Source: Abditibacteriaceae bacterium (GTDB taxonomy: Bacteria; Armatimonadota; Abditibacteriia; Abditibacteriales; Abditibacteriaceae). Taken from it: 64,000 nt of DNA. The notes under the pieces were generated by a model that saw nothing but the letters and a program-made list of their open reading frames with translations, was not told the origin of the DNA and did not search any database. The DNA is taken from the NCBI GenBank assembly GCA_965277285.1, contig OZ255721.1, positions 1,952,001 to 2,016,000 of the forward strand, given 5' to 3'. Shown here piece by piece: positions 27,992 to 38,712 of this stretch (positions within the stretch are counted from its first letter, which is position 1; every line of letters starts with the position of its first letter). The position numbers were made by a program, and so were the translations under genes.

Positions 27992-29626
27992 ATGCGCCTT
28001 TCCTCCAACCACGAATTTTCCGCCGAATCCTTCGCCTTAGCGACACCCAGCAACAGTGAAACTGCGGTGCCGCTGGCAGAGCCTGTCGTGCTGGAACCTG
28101 CAGTTAATGAACCGGCAGTTATTGATATTGAACCACAAACCTTAATTTTGGGCGGCATTGAAGAAGACGAGCATTTCGATGTGGCGGCGATTGTGGAGCA
28201 GGCGGAAGAAATTTTGCGCGAAGGCCGTCCGCACGACTTCGATGTGCTGGTCATTGGCGGTGGGCCGGGCGGTTATGTCGCAGCGATTCGCGCGGCGCAA
28301 CTGGGCGCGCACGTCGGCCTGGTCGAGGAACGCGAATTGGGCGGCGTTTGCCTCAATCGCGGATGCATTCCGGCCAAAACGTTGCTGGAGACAGTTGATG
28401 TGATGCGGCTTTTGAAGCGCGCTGGCGATTACGGCATTACAACGGGCGATGTGCGCCTGGATTTTGCGCGCATGAACGCGCACAAGCGCGAAGTGATCGC
28501 CGATTTGCGCTCTCATGTGGCGCACTTGCTGGAAGAAAATGGTATCGAAGTTTTGGCGGGTCGCGCACGCTTTGTCGATGAACACACCATTGAAGTTTCG
28601 AGTACTCAATCGAGTGCGGGAAACAGCGAGGCGCGACAGGTTAGCGCGGTTCACATTATTTTGGCGGTGGGTTCGTTGCCGTCGCGCTTGCCGGTTGAAG
28701 GCAACGATTTGCCCGGCGTCGTGACTTCGGATGAATTGTTGTCCGGCGAAGTCGTGCCGCGCGATATTGTGGTGGTTGGTGCGGGCGCGGTCGGCGTCGA
28801 GTTCGCTTATTTGTTCGCGCAAATGGGCGCGCCAACGTCGCTGCTGGAACTTTCGCCGCGTATTTTGCCCAGCGAAGACGAAGATATCGCGCGCGAAATG
28901 ACGCGCGTCTTGTCCGACTTGAAAGTGCGCGTTGCGACGAATGTGAAACTGCAGCGGATCGAGCAAAGCGAAAACGGCTTGCAAGTCGTGTATTCGCAGG
29001 AAGGCGAAGAGCGGCGTTCGAGTACTCGATTGGTTTTAATGGCGGCGGGACGAAGCGCCAACACCGAAGGTTTGGGTTTGGACGACATCGGTTTGAAGCA
29101 CGACAACGGAAAAATTGAAGTGGACGAGCAATGCCAGACAAATATCAGCGGCGTTTATGCGATTGGCGATTGCATACGCGAAGCGGGTTGGGCGCATCTG
29201 GCGAGCGGCGAAGGCAAAATGGTCGCCGAAATCGTGACGAAAAATCCGGTGACCGTCGATCTGCGCCATATTCCGAGTTGCTATTACACGCATCCCGAAA
29301 TCGCCAGCGTCGGGCGCACGAGCGAACAAGCGGAAAAAGACGGTTTCGCGGTGAGGACGGGCGTTTTTCCATTTCGCCAAAATGGACGTGCGGCGAGCGC
29401 GGGAGAACACGAAGGCTTTGTCAAAATTGTGGTGGACGACGCGACGGACAAAATCTTGGGCTGCCAGATTATCGGGCCGCACGCCACAGATTTAATTTCC
29501 GAAGCGGTGATGGCGTTGAAAAATAATGCGACAATTGACGAAATGGTGAGCGCGGTTCACGCTCATCCAACATTTAGCGAAGCGATTCCCGAAGCCGCGC
29601 TGAATGCCAGAAAAAGCAGCAGCTAA
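27992..29626 (+). CDS. lpdA: Dihydrolipoyl dehydrogenase with an N-terminal acidic extension (start uncertain)
   Basis: GGGPGGYVAAIRAAQLG, GGVCLNRGCIPAK and HAHPTFSE. Confidence 0.9.
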   Translation: MRLSSNHEFSAESFALATPSNSETAVPLAEPVVLEPAVNEPAVIDIEPQTLILGGIEEDEHFDVAAIVEQAEEILREGRPHDFDVLVIGGGPGGYVAAIRAAQLGAHVGLVEERELGGVCLNRGCIPAKTLLETVDVMRLLKRAGDYGITTGDVRLDFARMNAHKREVIADLRSHVAHLLEENGIEVLAGRARFVDEHTIEVSSTQSSAGNSEARQVSAVHIILAVGSLPSRLPVEGNDLPGVVTSDELLSGEVVPRDIVVVGAGAVGVEFAYLFAQMGAPTSLLELSPRILPSEDEDIAREMTRVLSDLKVRVATNVKLQRIEQSENGLQVVYSQEGEERRSSTRLVLMAAGRSANTEGLGLDDIGLKHDNGKIEVDEQCQTNISGVYAIGDCIREAGWAHLASGEGKMVAEIVTKNPVTVDLRHIPSCYYTHPEIASVGRTSEQAEKDGFAVRTGVFPFRQNGRAASAGEHEGFVKIVVDDATDKILGCQIIGPHATDLISEAVMALKNNATIDEMVSAVHAHPTFSEAIPEAALNARKSSS

Positions 29627-29668
29627 TGGAATCGAGTACTCGATAAAGGTTGTGCAAGAAAAACTGTT

Positions 29669-29941
29669 ATGAAAGTTCGGATTCAAATTGAAGACGTTGA
29701 CCAGACGGTGCAGATCGCAAGCGCGGCGGCGCTGCTGTCGCTGTTCAAGCGTGAAGCAGCAAAGCGCGCCCCGTTTTTATTGCGCCCGATTATCAACGGC
29801 ATGAGCGACCTGACCTTCGCGGCGGAAGCGGTCAAGCGCGATAACGCGCGCGGCGGACGCAACGACACAGTGCCCCACAATGCGCAGCAGTTTCTCGATT
29901 GGGCGGTAATGCGCGGCTATGCCACGATTATAGAACCGTAA
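29669..29941 (+). CDS. Hypothetical protein
   Basis: 90-aa ORF with ATG, downstream of lpdA. Confidence 0.6.
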   Translation: MKVRIQIEDVDQTVQIASAAALLSLFKREAAKRAPFLLRPIINGMSDLTFAAEAVKRDNARGGRNDTVPHNAQQFLDWAVMRGYATIIEP

Positions 29942-30103
29942 AAAGTAAGCTAAGCAAAGGCGGTATGAGAAGAAGATAGAGAACAACCGGTTTCTTGTGT
30001 TACACTGCGCAAAATCGTCGCGTTTTGTGAGTGAACACAGAAAGTGGCGCGACAAGAAATTTTGCAATTAATTGGCGTTCATTCTTCTCACGGACGATAA
30101 AAC

Positions 30104-31423
30104 ATGGCAAACGCAGAGCAGGAATCCAGCAAACATCGCAGCAGTGAACCGCAGCACGCACGAAGCAATCGCCGTTTTCGACTTGCCGAAATTTTTGCGG
30201 AGGTTAATCCTTCAAAATACGCTGCAACCAGCGCGGCAGAAAATACGGAGTCTGGCGAAGATGAAAGCGATGGCAACTTTGATAGCGTAGACGGTTCAAA
30301 GCAGGCGCAACGTCGTTTGGACGAGCGTGCCAGCGCGCTGGGCGTCAAGTTGCCGCCGGTCGCGGGTCAGGATGTGATTGCAACGGCAAACCGTGTTTAC
30401 GATACGACACCGCGAGCGAGCGTATTGCGTGTGGAAGAAAAGAAAGCCTCCGAGCCAAAGAACAACACGGATGAGGTCGCTCATGAAAGCTCTTCGCCCA
30501 CCGGTTTTGGTTCGTTGTTGTCACGCTCGCGGGCGCGACGCGATGCCGCACACGATCCCGCAGTGCGCGAACGTTCAGTGCGCAACGTCATGACGCGCAC
30601 GGTGGCGACGCACGATGAAGTTTTGGAAGGCGAAGACGAAATAGCAGGAAAAAGCGCCGGTAAATTTTCGCCCAGTCGTTTTTTGTCTGGCAATTTTTCG
30701 CCAAACACTTTGGCACCAAACGAGACCTTAACGTGGAACGAAGACACCATGGCATCCACACCAGAAGCTTTTAATCCCAACCCGCGCGATAATCGTGGCA
30801 CGGCGCAGCATAGCGTGGCGCTTCGTGATGCGGCGCTTCGGGGACAAAATACCGATATGCGAGCGACTCCTATGAACATCCATCCGGACAACGAAACGGC
30901 TCTTTACTCGGAAATCGAGCAGTTGCGCGGCGGCATGGAAGAAATGTATCGTGTGATGACCGAAATGCAGGAGCGCGGCGACGCGCAGGACAAGGTCTTC
31001 AACACGCTTCATGCCGAATTGCAGGACTACAAAAACGACTTCATCTACGAGCACATGAAGCCGGTCGTGCGTCCCCTGCTCTTCTTGTTCGATCATATGG
31101 AGCAGTTTGAAAACGAACTGTCCAGCCAGCGAAACCCGACGCCGACCGCGAACGGTGAACGCCGGTTGTTGTCGCCTGAGTTGATGTGCGAAAATATTTC
31201 GTTTTTCCGTGAGCAATTGGTCGAAGCGTTGCGCATCTGCGAAGTCACGCCGATGAAGCGCCCCGAAGGCGAAGTGGACAGCCGCTTGCACAAAGTTGTC
31301 GATACCATGCCGACCGACGCCGCCGGGCACAACATCATCCAACGCGTGGTGCGCTCGGGTTGGTATCTGAATGGTCGCGTGTTTCGTCCCGCCGAAGTCA
31401 TTATCGGTTTAACGCGACAATAA
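30104..31423 (+). CDS. GrpE-like nucleotide exchange factor with a long disordered N-terminus
   Basis: C-terminal EGEVDSRLHKVV...IQRVVRSGWYLNGRVFRPAEVII; upstream of an Hsp70 gene. Confidence 0.8.
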   Translation: MANAEQESSKHRSSEPQHARSNRRFRLAEIFAEVNPSKYAATSAAENTESGEDESDGNFDSVDGSKQAQRRLDERASALGVKLPPVAGQDVIATANRVYDTTPRASVLRVEEKKASEPKNNTDEVAHESSSPTGFGSLLSRSRARRDAAHDPAVRERSVRNVMTRTVATHDEVLEGEDEIAGKSAGKFSPSRFLSGNFSPNTLAPNETLTWNEDTMASTPEAFNPNPRDNRGTAQHSVALRDAALRGQNTDMRATPMNIHPDNETALYSEIEQLRGGMEEMYRVMTEMQERGDAQDKVFNTLHAELQDYKNDFIYEHMKPVVRPLLFLFDHMEQFENELSSQRNPTPTANGERRLLSPELMCENISFFREQLVEALRICEVTPMKRPEGEVDSRLHKVVDTMPTDAAGHNIIQRVVRSGWYLNGRVFRPAEVIIGLTRQ

Positions 31424-31820
31424 AAAATGCAGGCCGCACAATTCGAGTACTCGAATTGTGGCTGGCTTTCTGAATCGAAGCGATCTCGTGCAATGTAATC
31501 AAAGGCTAAAAACGTTTGTTTGTCGTTGGGAGAGTGTGTAGAAAGAGCATGATTCATGGCATCTGTTATATGGGCGGGCTTGAGAAATTCTTCCATCCGT
31601 TCAAAGTGACAGACTGCGGGTTGGGCGACTTTTCTTACTTTCTCTACAAATTTTCATTGTGACAAATTGGTCTTTGAAACAATGATTTTTTATGAAACGA
31701 CCTGACTTAAAGTATCTGAATTCCGTTTGTAAGTTCATATGACACAATTCATTATAAAAGCGGCATACGCTCAAGCGCTACACGCTTTGACATTTTCTTT
31801 GCCAACTTGGGAGGTGTGCT

Positions 31821-33356
31821 TTGGGTCGCGCAGTAGGCATTGATTTGGGCACAACCTATACAGCAGTCGCGTGCGTGGATGAATATGGCAAGCCGGTCGT
31901 CTTGAAAAATAGCGACGGGCAAACCACCACGCCGTCCGTCGTTTTTTTCGATCCGCCGAATTACGTGGTTGGCGAAGTGGCGCTGCAAAGCACGCTCACC
32001 GATCCCGAACGGGTGGTGCAGTTCGTCAAGCGCTTCATGGGCGTCAAAGAACACCGCATCCACGTCAAAAATGAAACGTATTCGCCCGAGTTCATTTCTT
32101 CGCTGATTTTGCGCAAAGTGGTGCAAGAAGCGCAGGACGAACTGGGAGAGCAAGTCACCGCCGCGGTCATCACGGTGCCGGCATATTTCACTGAAGCGCA
32201 GCGTCACGCGACCTATGAAGCGGGACAACTGGCTGGTTTGAACGTGTTGCGCATCATCAACGAACCGACGGCAGCCGCTTTGTCTTACGGCATTACGCGG
32301 CGCGGGAAACGTCGCAACATCCTGGTATATGACTTGGGCGGCGGAACCTTCGACATCACTATTCTGGCTATTGACAACGATTCGCTGAATGTCATAGCGG
32401 TCGGCGGTGATCCGCATTTGGGCGGCAAAGACTTCGATGATCGCATCATGAACTTCATCGAAGATGATTTGCGCGAAAAATACGGTTTCGAAATGGGCAA
32501 CGACGCCAGTCTGGAAGCGGAATTGCGTTTGAAATCCGAAGCTGCCAAGCGCCAACTGACGGCGCGCCAATCGGTACCGATCACGCTGAAAGTGCGGCGC
32601 ACCATGGCCGCGGGTGCGGGCACGATGGACACCTTTATTCCGGTTCGCGTCGAACTGACGCGCGAAATCTTCGATTCGATGTGCGCCGACTTGTTAACGC
32701 GCACGGAATTGATGCTGGAAGCGGTGATGCAGCAGGCGAACATGGGTTGGAACGATATCAGCGAAGCGTTATGCGTCGGTGGTAGTTCGCGGATGCCGAT
32801 GGTACGCGAAATGTTGACGCGTTTGTCGGGCAAAAGGCCGCTGTTGCACGATCCCGATGAATGCGTGGCGAAGGGCGCGGCGTTGCAAGCGGCTCTTATC
32901 GTTAAAGACGATACAGTGGCAAACGTCAGCGTCGGCCATGTGTTGGCGCACTCGCTGGGCGTGGCCACGGTGCGCGATGGACGCACCATTATCGAACACG
33001 TTATTCCCGCATTGACGCCTTTGCCCTGCTCGCAAAGCCGCGATGGTTACACGACAACTTTCGATGATCAAAACCAGGTGCAAATTCGTGTTTACGAAGG
33101 CGAAAGTACCGATCCGAACGCTCATCCATCCGGCCCGATTGGTGTTTTCAACCTTGACGTGAATCCGCCGCGACCCAAAGGTCAACCAAAAATCAGTGTC
33201 GAGTTTCGCTGCGACGAAAACGGGCGTATTACGGCTCTGGCACGCGACCGCGACACCGGCAAGGAAAGCCGCAGTCTGATCGCGTTGACGGGAGCACGTA
33301 GCGACATGGAAGTGGAAAACGAAGCGATGCTGCTGTCCAGCGCCGTGATTTCCTAA
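31821..33356 (+). CDS. Hsp70 family protein (DnaK paralogue, no lid)
   Basis: VGIDLGTT, ITVPAYF, INEPTAAA, YDLGGGTFD and VGGSSRMP; 511 aa; GGAGG SD and TTG start. Confidence 0.93.
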   Translation: MGRAVGIDLGTTYTAVACVDEYGKPVVLKNSDGQTTTPSVVFFDPPNYVVGEVALQSTLTDPERVVQFVKRFMGVKEHRIHVKNETYSPEFISSLILRKVVQEAQDELGEQVTAAVITVPAYFTEAQRHATYEAGQLAGLNVLRIINEPTAAALSYGITRRGKRRNILVYDLGGGTFDITILAIDNDSLNVIAVGGDPHLGGKDFDDRIMNFIEDDLREKYGFEMGNDASLEAELRLKSEAAKRQLTARQSVPITLKVRRTMAAGAGTMDTFIPVRVELTREIFDSMCADLLTRTELMLEAVMQQANMGWNDISEALCVGGSSRMPMVREMLTRLSGKRPLLHDPDECVAKGAALQAALIVKDDTVANVSVGHVLAHSLGVATVRDGRTIIEHVIPALTPLPCSQSRDGYTTTFDDQNQVQIRVYEGESTDPNAHPSGPIGVFNLDVNPPRPKGQPKISVEFRCDENGRITALARDRDTGKESRSLIALTGARSDMEVENEAMLLSSAVIS

Positions 33357-33518
33357 CTGGATGTTATCGAGTACTCGATAAGCGGAACGTTCCGGCAATC
33401 AATATAATCGAAGCGTTTTGCCGTTTTCTCAGGTTAGTGATACACTTGCGCCGCTTAAAATTCGCTTGACGAGAACTGCAGTTTCCAGATACATCAGGCG
33501 CCACACAAAGGACGTGAA

Positions 33519-34403
33519 TTGGTGAACAACACGACAATACAGGCAAACGGCAGCGGCGCGGCCTCCGACTTCATCGATTTTTATCAATTGCTGGGCGCGG
33601 ATCAGGAAGCAACGACAACCGCTCTGCGCCGTCGCATCAACGATTTATATACCGAAGCACAAAGCAACCGCGACCATCGCAACCCGGCCAAGCGCCGTCG
33701 CTACGAAGCACTTTGCGAACTGTTGCCTTATTGCCGCATCGTTTTGCTCGATCCCGATAAGCGCGTGCGCTACGACCGTTACCGCGAACAGTTTCAAGGT
33801 GGCGCCAGCGTGCCCGCGTTCGAAAACATGATGGACGAAATCGCCGGTCGCATTGAAGACGACATGAGCAACGGAACTGGCGAAAAAGTCGGATTGCTGG
33901 GTGTTGAAGGCGACGACGATTATTTGCCGGTAACGCCCGATGCTCAAGGCAATATAGGACAAGGCGGACGTGAATCTTCCGGTGTGCCTTTGCCGCGCGA
34001 AACGCATTCGCGCGACGTCACGCCGCGGCGCTCGGGATTATTCGACAAACCTTCGCCGCGTTCGGCTGCCACACGCAACGCCAGTTCAACCGAAACTCCG
34101 TCTTACACCAGTTCCACGCCGGTGGTAAATGCGTCCGGTAACGCTTCTGCAAACGCCAATTTGCGACAGGAACCTGTTGTGGAGGAACGCGCACCGACGC
34201 GTCGCTCATCCGCCACTGGCGCAGGTTTAACGCCTGTCGTTTGGGGTATCATCGCTCTCGTAATCGGGACGTTGGCCGCTCACGATGTTCTCAAAGGCAC
34301 AACTTGGGATCGTTCTCTGCTCATTGGTGTTGTCGTCGGCGTCATAGCCTACGTCGTCACGAATTCGCTGGGAACGCCTTCTGGTCGCAATCGCGTTCAA
34401 TAA
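33519..34403 (+). CDS. J-domain-like membrane protein lacking HPD
   Basis: DFYQLLG...LLDPDKRVRYD J-like frame; two C-terminal hydrophobic helices. Confidence 0.7.
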   Translation: MVNNTTIQANGSGAASDFIDFYQLLGADQEATTTALRRRINDLYTEAQSNRDHRNPAKRRRYEALCELLPYCRIVLLDPDKRVRYDRYREQFQGGASVPAFENMMDEIAGRIEDDMSNGTGEKVGLLGVEGDDDYLPVTPDAQGNIGQGGRESSGVPLPRETHSRDVTPRRSGLFDKPSPRSAATRNASSTETPSYTSSTPVVNASGNASANANLRQEPVVEERAPTRRSSATGAGLTPVVWGIIALVIGTLAAHDVLKGTTWDRSLLIGVVVGVIAYVVTNSLGTPSGRNRVQ

Positions 34404-34417
34404 AACCTGATAAATTC

Positions 34418-34462
34418 AAAAGCAGAGCGCGTTGATTATGAAAATCAACGCGCTCTGCTTTT
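34418..34462. terminator. Bidirectional intrinsic terminator
   Basis: AAAAGCAGAGCGCGTTGATT-loop-AATCAACGCGCTCTGCTTTT between convergent genes. Confidence 0.85.
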
Positions 34463-34535
34463 TGCCATAACATCGAGTACTCGATGTTATGGCGCTTCGA
34501 TCATTCATTATTGAAATCTGCAAGCTAATCCGTTC

Positions 34536-34606
34536 CAGAACCCCAAGCGTCAGCGCGGGGCTGGCGTAGCAGTGATTCCAGCCCCGCGCTGAGGCTTGGA
34601 GTTCTG
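34536..34606. repeat. REP-like palindromic family A, copy 1
   Basis: GAACCCnnAGCGTnAGCGnnGGGCT...AGCCCnnCGCTnACGCTnnGGGTTC consensus. Confidence 0.85.
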
Positions 34607-34627
34607 TTATCGTGCTTCTCTAACGTT

Positions 34628-37585
34628 TTACCCGTTGGCGCCGACGCGTAAGGTTTTAATCAGCGTCGCCAGATGGAGCGGCGAAAAAGAAACGTTGACC
34701 GGTTTGCCTTCATAAATGATTTCAAAGCGCGCGTCGCCGATTTCAAAGCCGATGAGTTGCGGCGTGTTGTAAACCGAAACCACAACTAAGAGAGCGCCTT
34801 GCACGAGTTGGGTTTCCGCGCTGCGAATTTGCGCCAGATCGGTTTGCCAGATTTCCTTTTGGCGACTGGGATCGCTGCTGCGCATGGTGAAAAGCAAGCG
34901 CGAGTTGGTGACGACAAGCGTTCCCGAATTGACGCGCATCCAGCGATAGCCATTCCAGTCTTTTTGCGACATACACAAATTGGCGGCACTTTCCCAGCGC
35001 ACTTCTTCGTTCGCATGAAGTTGCGCCCGCACGCCATCGTTGCGCAACGCGACATAAGTTTCCTGACCGCTCGGCGCCGTTTGCGTGCTCAGGCGACGGA
35101 AGGGTAGATAACCGCCGATCACAGAACGTTTGAGCAGTTCGCTCCATTCGCTCAAGCGTTGCGCGTTCGCGCGATTTTGCGTTTGCTGCCATTGTTCTCT
35201 GTCCGCCTGACGCTGGTTTTGCAAGCGTTGCAGTTCGCCTTTAAGAACGCGCGCTTCACTTTCCGTCGGCAATCCCAAGCCGCGACGTTGCCAATCGCGC
35301 AAGGCGAGTGATTGTCCCACAGAAGGTCTCAAGGCGACCGAAGTTGTTTTGACTAACTTTTGCAAATCGCCTTTTTCGGTGTCGAATTCAGTCTGGCAGG
35401 CGCCGCACATCAAGCCCGCGCGACCGCTGCTTTTGCCGCCTGCCGCGATGTACCATTGTTCGATGGGACGCACTCCGCTCCAACCCTGCGCCCAATTGGG
35501 AAGCGGCGTTTCACTACGCACCAGTTGCAAAGTTTGTTGCGCCTGATCGTAATTCCATTCGGCGCGACAATTGGCGCAATGCACGTTGCCCGAAGGATAC
35601 GGCAAGCCAGCCGCCATCTTTTCCCAATCGTCCTGCGGCAAGGTTTTGCCCGCCCATTTTTCCCACATGCCAAACGGATCGCGGTTACCGCCACGCGCCA
35701 GCGTTCGCGCGGCGGCATCCACATAATCGAATTGTGCATGACAATTATCGCACTCGGAATATTCGTCCTTTCGAGTACTCAATTGCTTCCATTGTGCAAC
35801 AGGAAGCGCGCGGCCTTTGTGCAATGTGCCGATGCCGAACGGGTCGCGCCCGAACGAATCCAAGCGCGCGTGATGCGCTCCGATGTCGAAAGTCGCTTCG
35901 CAATGAGGACAAATGCCCCACAAATCGTCGAGCAATCCGCCCATTTTGCGCCGATGTTCTTCGCGCAAAACGGTCGTGTGGCAAACCGCACAAAACATCG
36001 CGTCGCCCTTCAATTGCTGATGTTGAAGATGACCTTCGCGGCACACGACGCACAAATTGGCGTCCCAAACACGTCGTTCCATTTGCGCCGCCAGGCACAG
36101 CGGACACGTTCCATTCGGCTGCGCCGTGACCGGAGAAAGGTCGCGCGTGCGGCAACCCGGACATTGATTGCCTGGCGTCGCCAAGCGCGCCAAGGCTTCA
36201 AACTGCTTTTCGATTTGCGAAATTCGCGCATCGTTCGGATGAATTTGAGGCATCGCGTTGGCGTCCATTTCGCGCCGCAATGCTTGCAAACGCGCCGCAT
36301 AAGGATCAGTGCGCGGCGCTGTAGTTGTCGCGTTTCGAGTACTCGGAGCCATGCTTGTCGCAGCCGAAACGCGCGTTGTGCTGCCACTCGGAACATTGCC
36401 CACAGTTCCGCTCGATGGAAGCGGCGAAGGATAAGCGCCGCGGTTGGAAGCGCCATTTTGCGGCGTAGTTGAGCGTGAAGAGCGGACATTGGCCGCGACA
36501 TCGGTAGCGTTTTGCGCTGTGTCGGCGGGCAAAGGACGACCGCATTGTTCGCACGGCGTGCCCGGCGGCGGCGCAACCGGAGCGCGATGCACATGACCGC
36601 AAAACGGACACGTCACTTCGACTGGAAAACGTGCGGCGCGCAAATCTTGCTGCAACGCCGCCACATCGGGATAACGCTTGGCCGGATCAAACGCGATCAT
36701 GTGTAAAATGATCGCGTTCATGCCTTCGCTCAAGTTCAAGTTGAAATCAGTCGGCTTTTTCGAGCGCATCTGCGCCAGCTCGTCCGGCTCAGTCGGGTCG
36801 AGGTCGCACAGCAAGCGATAAAGCGTCATGCCCAGAGCGAGAATATCGGTGCGCGCGTCCGGGTGCGCTTGTTCTTCCTGCGATTCGGGCGCGTAACCCA
36901 GCGTTCCCAAACCCGTGCTGCCGCGCTTCAGAATTGTTCCGTAGCCGCCCGCAGTCGCCGAAGGTTTCACCAGACCGAAGTCGATCAACATCGCCTGATC
37001 GGTGTCTTTCTGGATTTTAATGTTGGCGGGTTTGATGTCGCGGTGGCTCAAGCCTTTGGCGTGAACCGCGCGCAAGGCATCGCACACTTGCAATGTGTAA
37101 TCGAGTACTCGATCTTCTTCCAAAGGCCGCCCATTTTGAAGCAGCATTTCTTCCAAATCGGGGCCTTCGATGAAGTCCATCAACAAGTAAAAACGGTCGC
37201 GCACGACTTGCAAAGGCGCGCCGTGATCAGGGCAGTTTTTCATGCCCTTGAAGGTTTGACCACAAACGGGACAAGCCAACCAGACGCCGCGCTCGGGTTC
37301 AAAATAGGCGGCGGGAATGTGCGGGTTGCGCAACGTCTGCAGCACATACGCTTCTTCCTGGAACATTTGCAACGCTTCGGCGCGTTCGTCGCGTGAGGTC
37401 TGCGGGTCGGACAAAACGTGCATTTCCTTGCACGCAAGGGTCAAAGTTCGCGCTCCCAAGCTTTCTTCGACGCGATAAACGGTGCCAAACGCGCCCGCGC
37501 CCAAAACATCGCGCACGGTGTAACGCTCTTTGATACAATCGCCAATCGCGTGGCGCAAAGAATAAGGAGAAACGGGAACGGACAT
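34628..37585 (-). CDS. Hanks-type Ser/Thr kinase with multiple CxxC Zn-ribbon repeats
   Basis: LGAGAFGTVY, ACKE, HRDIKPAN, IDFG and GTLGYAPE; more than 10 CxxC motifs. Start placed at MSVPVSP. Confidence 0.9.
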   Translation of the reverse strand: MSVPVSPYSLRHAIGDCIKERYTVRDVLGAGAFGTVYRVEESLGARTLTLACKEMHVLSDPQTSRDERAEALQMFQEEAYVLQTLRNPHIPAAYFEPERGVWLACPVCGQTFKGMKNCPDHGAPLQVVRDRFYLLMDFIEGPDLEEMLLQNGRPLEEDRVLDYTLQVCDALRAVHAKGLSHRDIKPANIKIQKDTDQAMLIDFGLVKPSATAGGYGTILKRGSTGLGTLGYAPESQEEQAHPDARTDILALGMTLYRLLCDLDPTEPDELAQMRSKKPTDFNLNLSEGMNAIILHMIAFDPAKRYPDVAALQQDLRAARFPVEVTCPFCGHVHRAPVAPPPGTPCEQCGRPLPADTAQNATDVAANVRSSRSTTPQNGASNRGAYPSPLPSSGTVGNVPSGSTTRVSAATSMAPSTRNATTTAPRTDPYAARLQALRREMDANAMPQIHPNDARISQIEKQFEALARLATPGNQCPGCRTRDLSPVTAQPNGTCPLCLAAQMERRVWDANLCVVCREGHLQHQQLKGDAMFCAVCHTTVLREEHRRKMGGLLDDLWGICPHCEATFDIGAHHARLDSFGRDPFGIGTLHKGRALPVAQWKQLSTRKDEYSECDNCHAQFDYVDAAARTLARGGNRDPFGMWEKWAGKTLPQDDWEKMAAGLPYPSGNVHCANCRAEWNYDQAQQTLQLVRSETPLPNWAQGWSGVRPIEQWYIAAGGKSSGRAGLMCGACQTEFDTEKGDLQKLVKTTSVALRPSVGQSLALRDWQRRGLGLPTESEARVLKGELQRLQNQRQADREQWQQTQNRANAQRLSEWSELLKRSVIGGYLPFRRLSTQTAPSGQETYVALRNDGVRAQLHANEEVRWESAANLCMSQKDWNGYRWMRVNSGTLVVTNSRLLFTMRSSDPSRQKEIWQTDLAQIRSAETQLVQGALLVVVSVYNTPQLIGFEIGDARFEIIYEGKPVNVSFSPLHLATLIKTLRVGANG

Positions 37586-37593
37586 TGTCAAAA

Positions 37594-37651
37594 ATGCGGA
37601 ATACGGAATGATGAATACGGAATGATGAATACGGAATGATGAATACGGAAT
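37594..37651. repeat. Heptamer-based tandem repeat (GAATACG/GAATGAT)
   Basis: GAATACGGAATGAT repeated about 3.5 times, immediately upstream of the kinase start. Confidence 0.85.
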
Positions 37652-37735
37652 ACGAACCCGGAGCGTAAGCGACGGGCTTACATAAGAGTTACATGAAACT
37701 ATCAGGTAAGCCCGTCGCTTACGCTCCGGGTTCGT
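37652..37735. repeat. REP-like family A, copy 2 (overlaps the panC stop)
   Basis: ACGAACCCGGAGCGTAAGCGACGGGCTTAC...GTAAGCCCGTCGCTTACGCTCCGGGTTCGT. Confidence 0.85.
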
Positions 37736-38630
37736 TGTAATAGATCGCCATGTTGTCAATTAAACGTGTCGTGCCGATTTTTGCTGCGATGAGAACGCGC
37801 GCCGGATGTTCATTTAACGTTTCCAATGGCTCCAATGTTTCGCTGTTCACAATGGCAATGTATTGAATTTGAAGCTGCGGTTCACTCAAGCAGACTTGTT
37901 CGATGACGCTATTTAATCGCTTCACGTCACGCTCGCCATTTTTCGCGGCGTCAATTCCGGCCTGCAAAGCGCGCGAAAGAATTGTCGCGCTCTGGCGTTG
38001 CGCAGCATTCAAATACGCGTTGCGGCTGCTGAGCGCCAGGCCATCGCTTTCGCGGATAGTTTCGCAGGGCACGATTTCCACGTCGAGCCACAAATCGCGC
38101 ACCATGTGTTCGATGACTTTGAGTTGCTGATAATCTTTTTCGCCGAAATAGGCGCGACTGGGATTCGTCAGGTGAAACAGTTTTATCACGATTGTTGCCA
38201 CTCCGCGCAAATGCCCGGGCCGAATCGCGCCTTCCCAAACTTCACTCAACTGCAACACTTCAACAATTGTTTGAACATTGTTTGCCGAATGCGACACATC
38301 ATTTCGAGTACTCAATTGCGAATGCGACGCTGGATACATTTCTTCAGCGGATGGCGCGAACACGACATCGCAACCGCAACTTTGTAGCAACTGGCAATCA
38401 CGCTCGAAAGGACGCGCATATTTTTCAAAGTCTTCGCCGGGCGCGAACTGCGTCGGGTTGACGAAAACAGAAGCAACAAAAACGTCGTTTTCCCTTTGTG
38501 CGCGCCGCGCCAACGCGAGATGACCTTCGTGTAAAGCGCCCATCGTCGGCACGAAACCAATAGTTTTGTTGTCGCAACGCCGCGCCATTGTCCAACGCTG
38601 CATTTCGCGGGCAGACCGAATAATTTCCAT
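37719..38630 (-). CDS. panC: Pantoate--beta-alanine ligase
   Basis: GFVPTMGALHEGHL, FVNPTQF, FGEKDYQQ, DGLALSSRN and RLIDN. Confidence 0.97.
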   Translation of the reverse strand: MEIIRSAREMQRWTMARRCDNKTIGFVPTMGALHEGHLALARRAQRENDVFVASVFVNPTQFAPGEDFEKYARPFERDCQLLQSCGCDVVFAPSAEEMYPASHSQLSTRNDVSHSANNVQTIVEVLQLSEVWEGAIRPGHLRGVATIVIKLFHLTNPSRAYFGEKDYQQLKVIEHMVRDLWLDVEIVPCETIRESDGLALSSRNAYLNAAQRQSATILSRALQAGIDAAKNGERDVKRLNSVIEQVCLSEPQLQIQYIAIVNSETLEPLETLNEHPARVLIAAKIGTTRLIDNMAIYYNEPGA

Positions 38631-38653
38631 TGTTTCGTTAATTGATTACCAGT

Positions 38654-38712
38654 AGAGAAAAGTGATTTGTAGGGGCGTCAGATTGCTGCGCCCCTACAAA
38701 TCACTTTTCTCT
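38654..38712. repeat. GTAG-type REP-like hairpin
   Basis: AGAGAAAAGTGATTTGTAGGGGCG...CGCCCCTACAAATCACTTTTCTCT, 24-bp arms. Confidence 0.8.

Noticed and set aside
37586..37759. N-terminal extensions in the ORF track (kinase; similarly cas2 and the J-domain gene) reading IHHSVFIIP
   Set aside because: Translations of the heptamer repeat; downstream ATGs fit the domain starts better.
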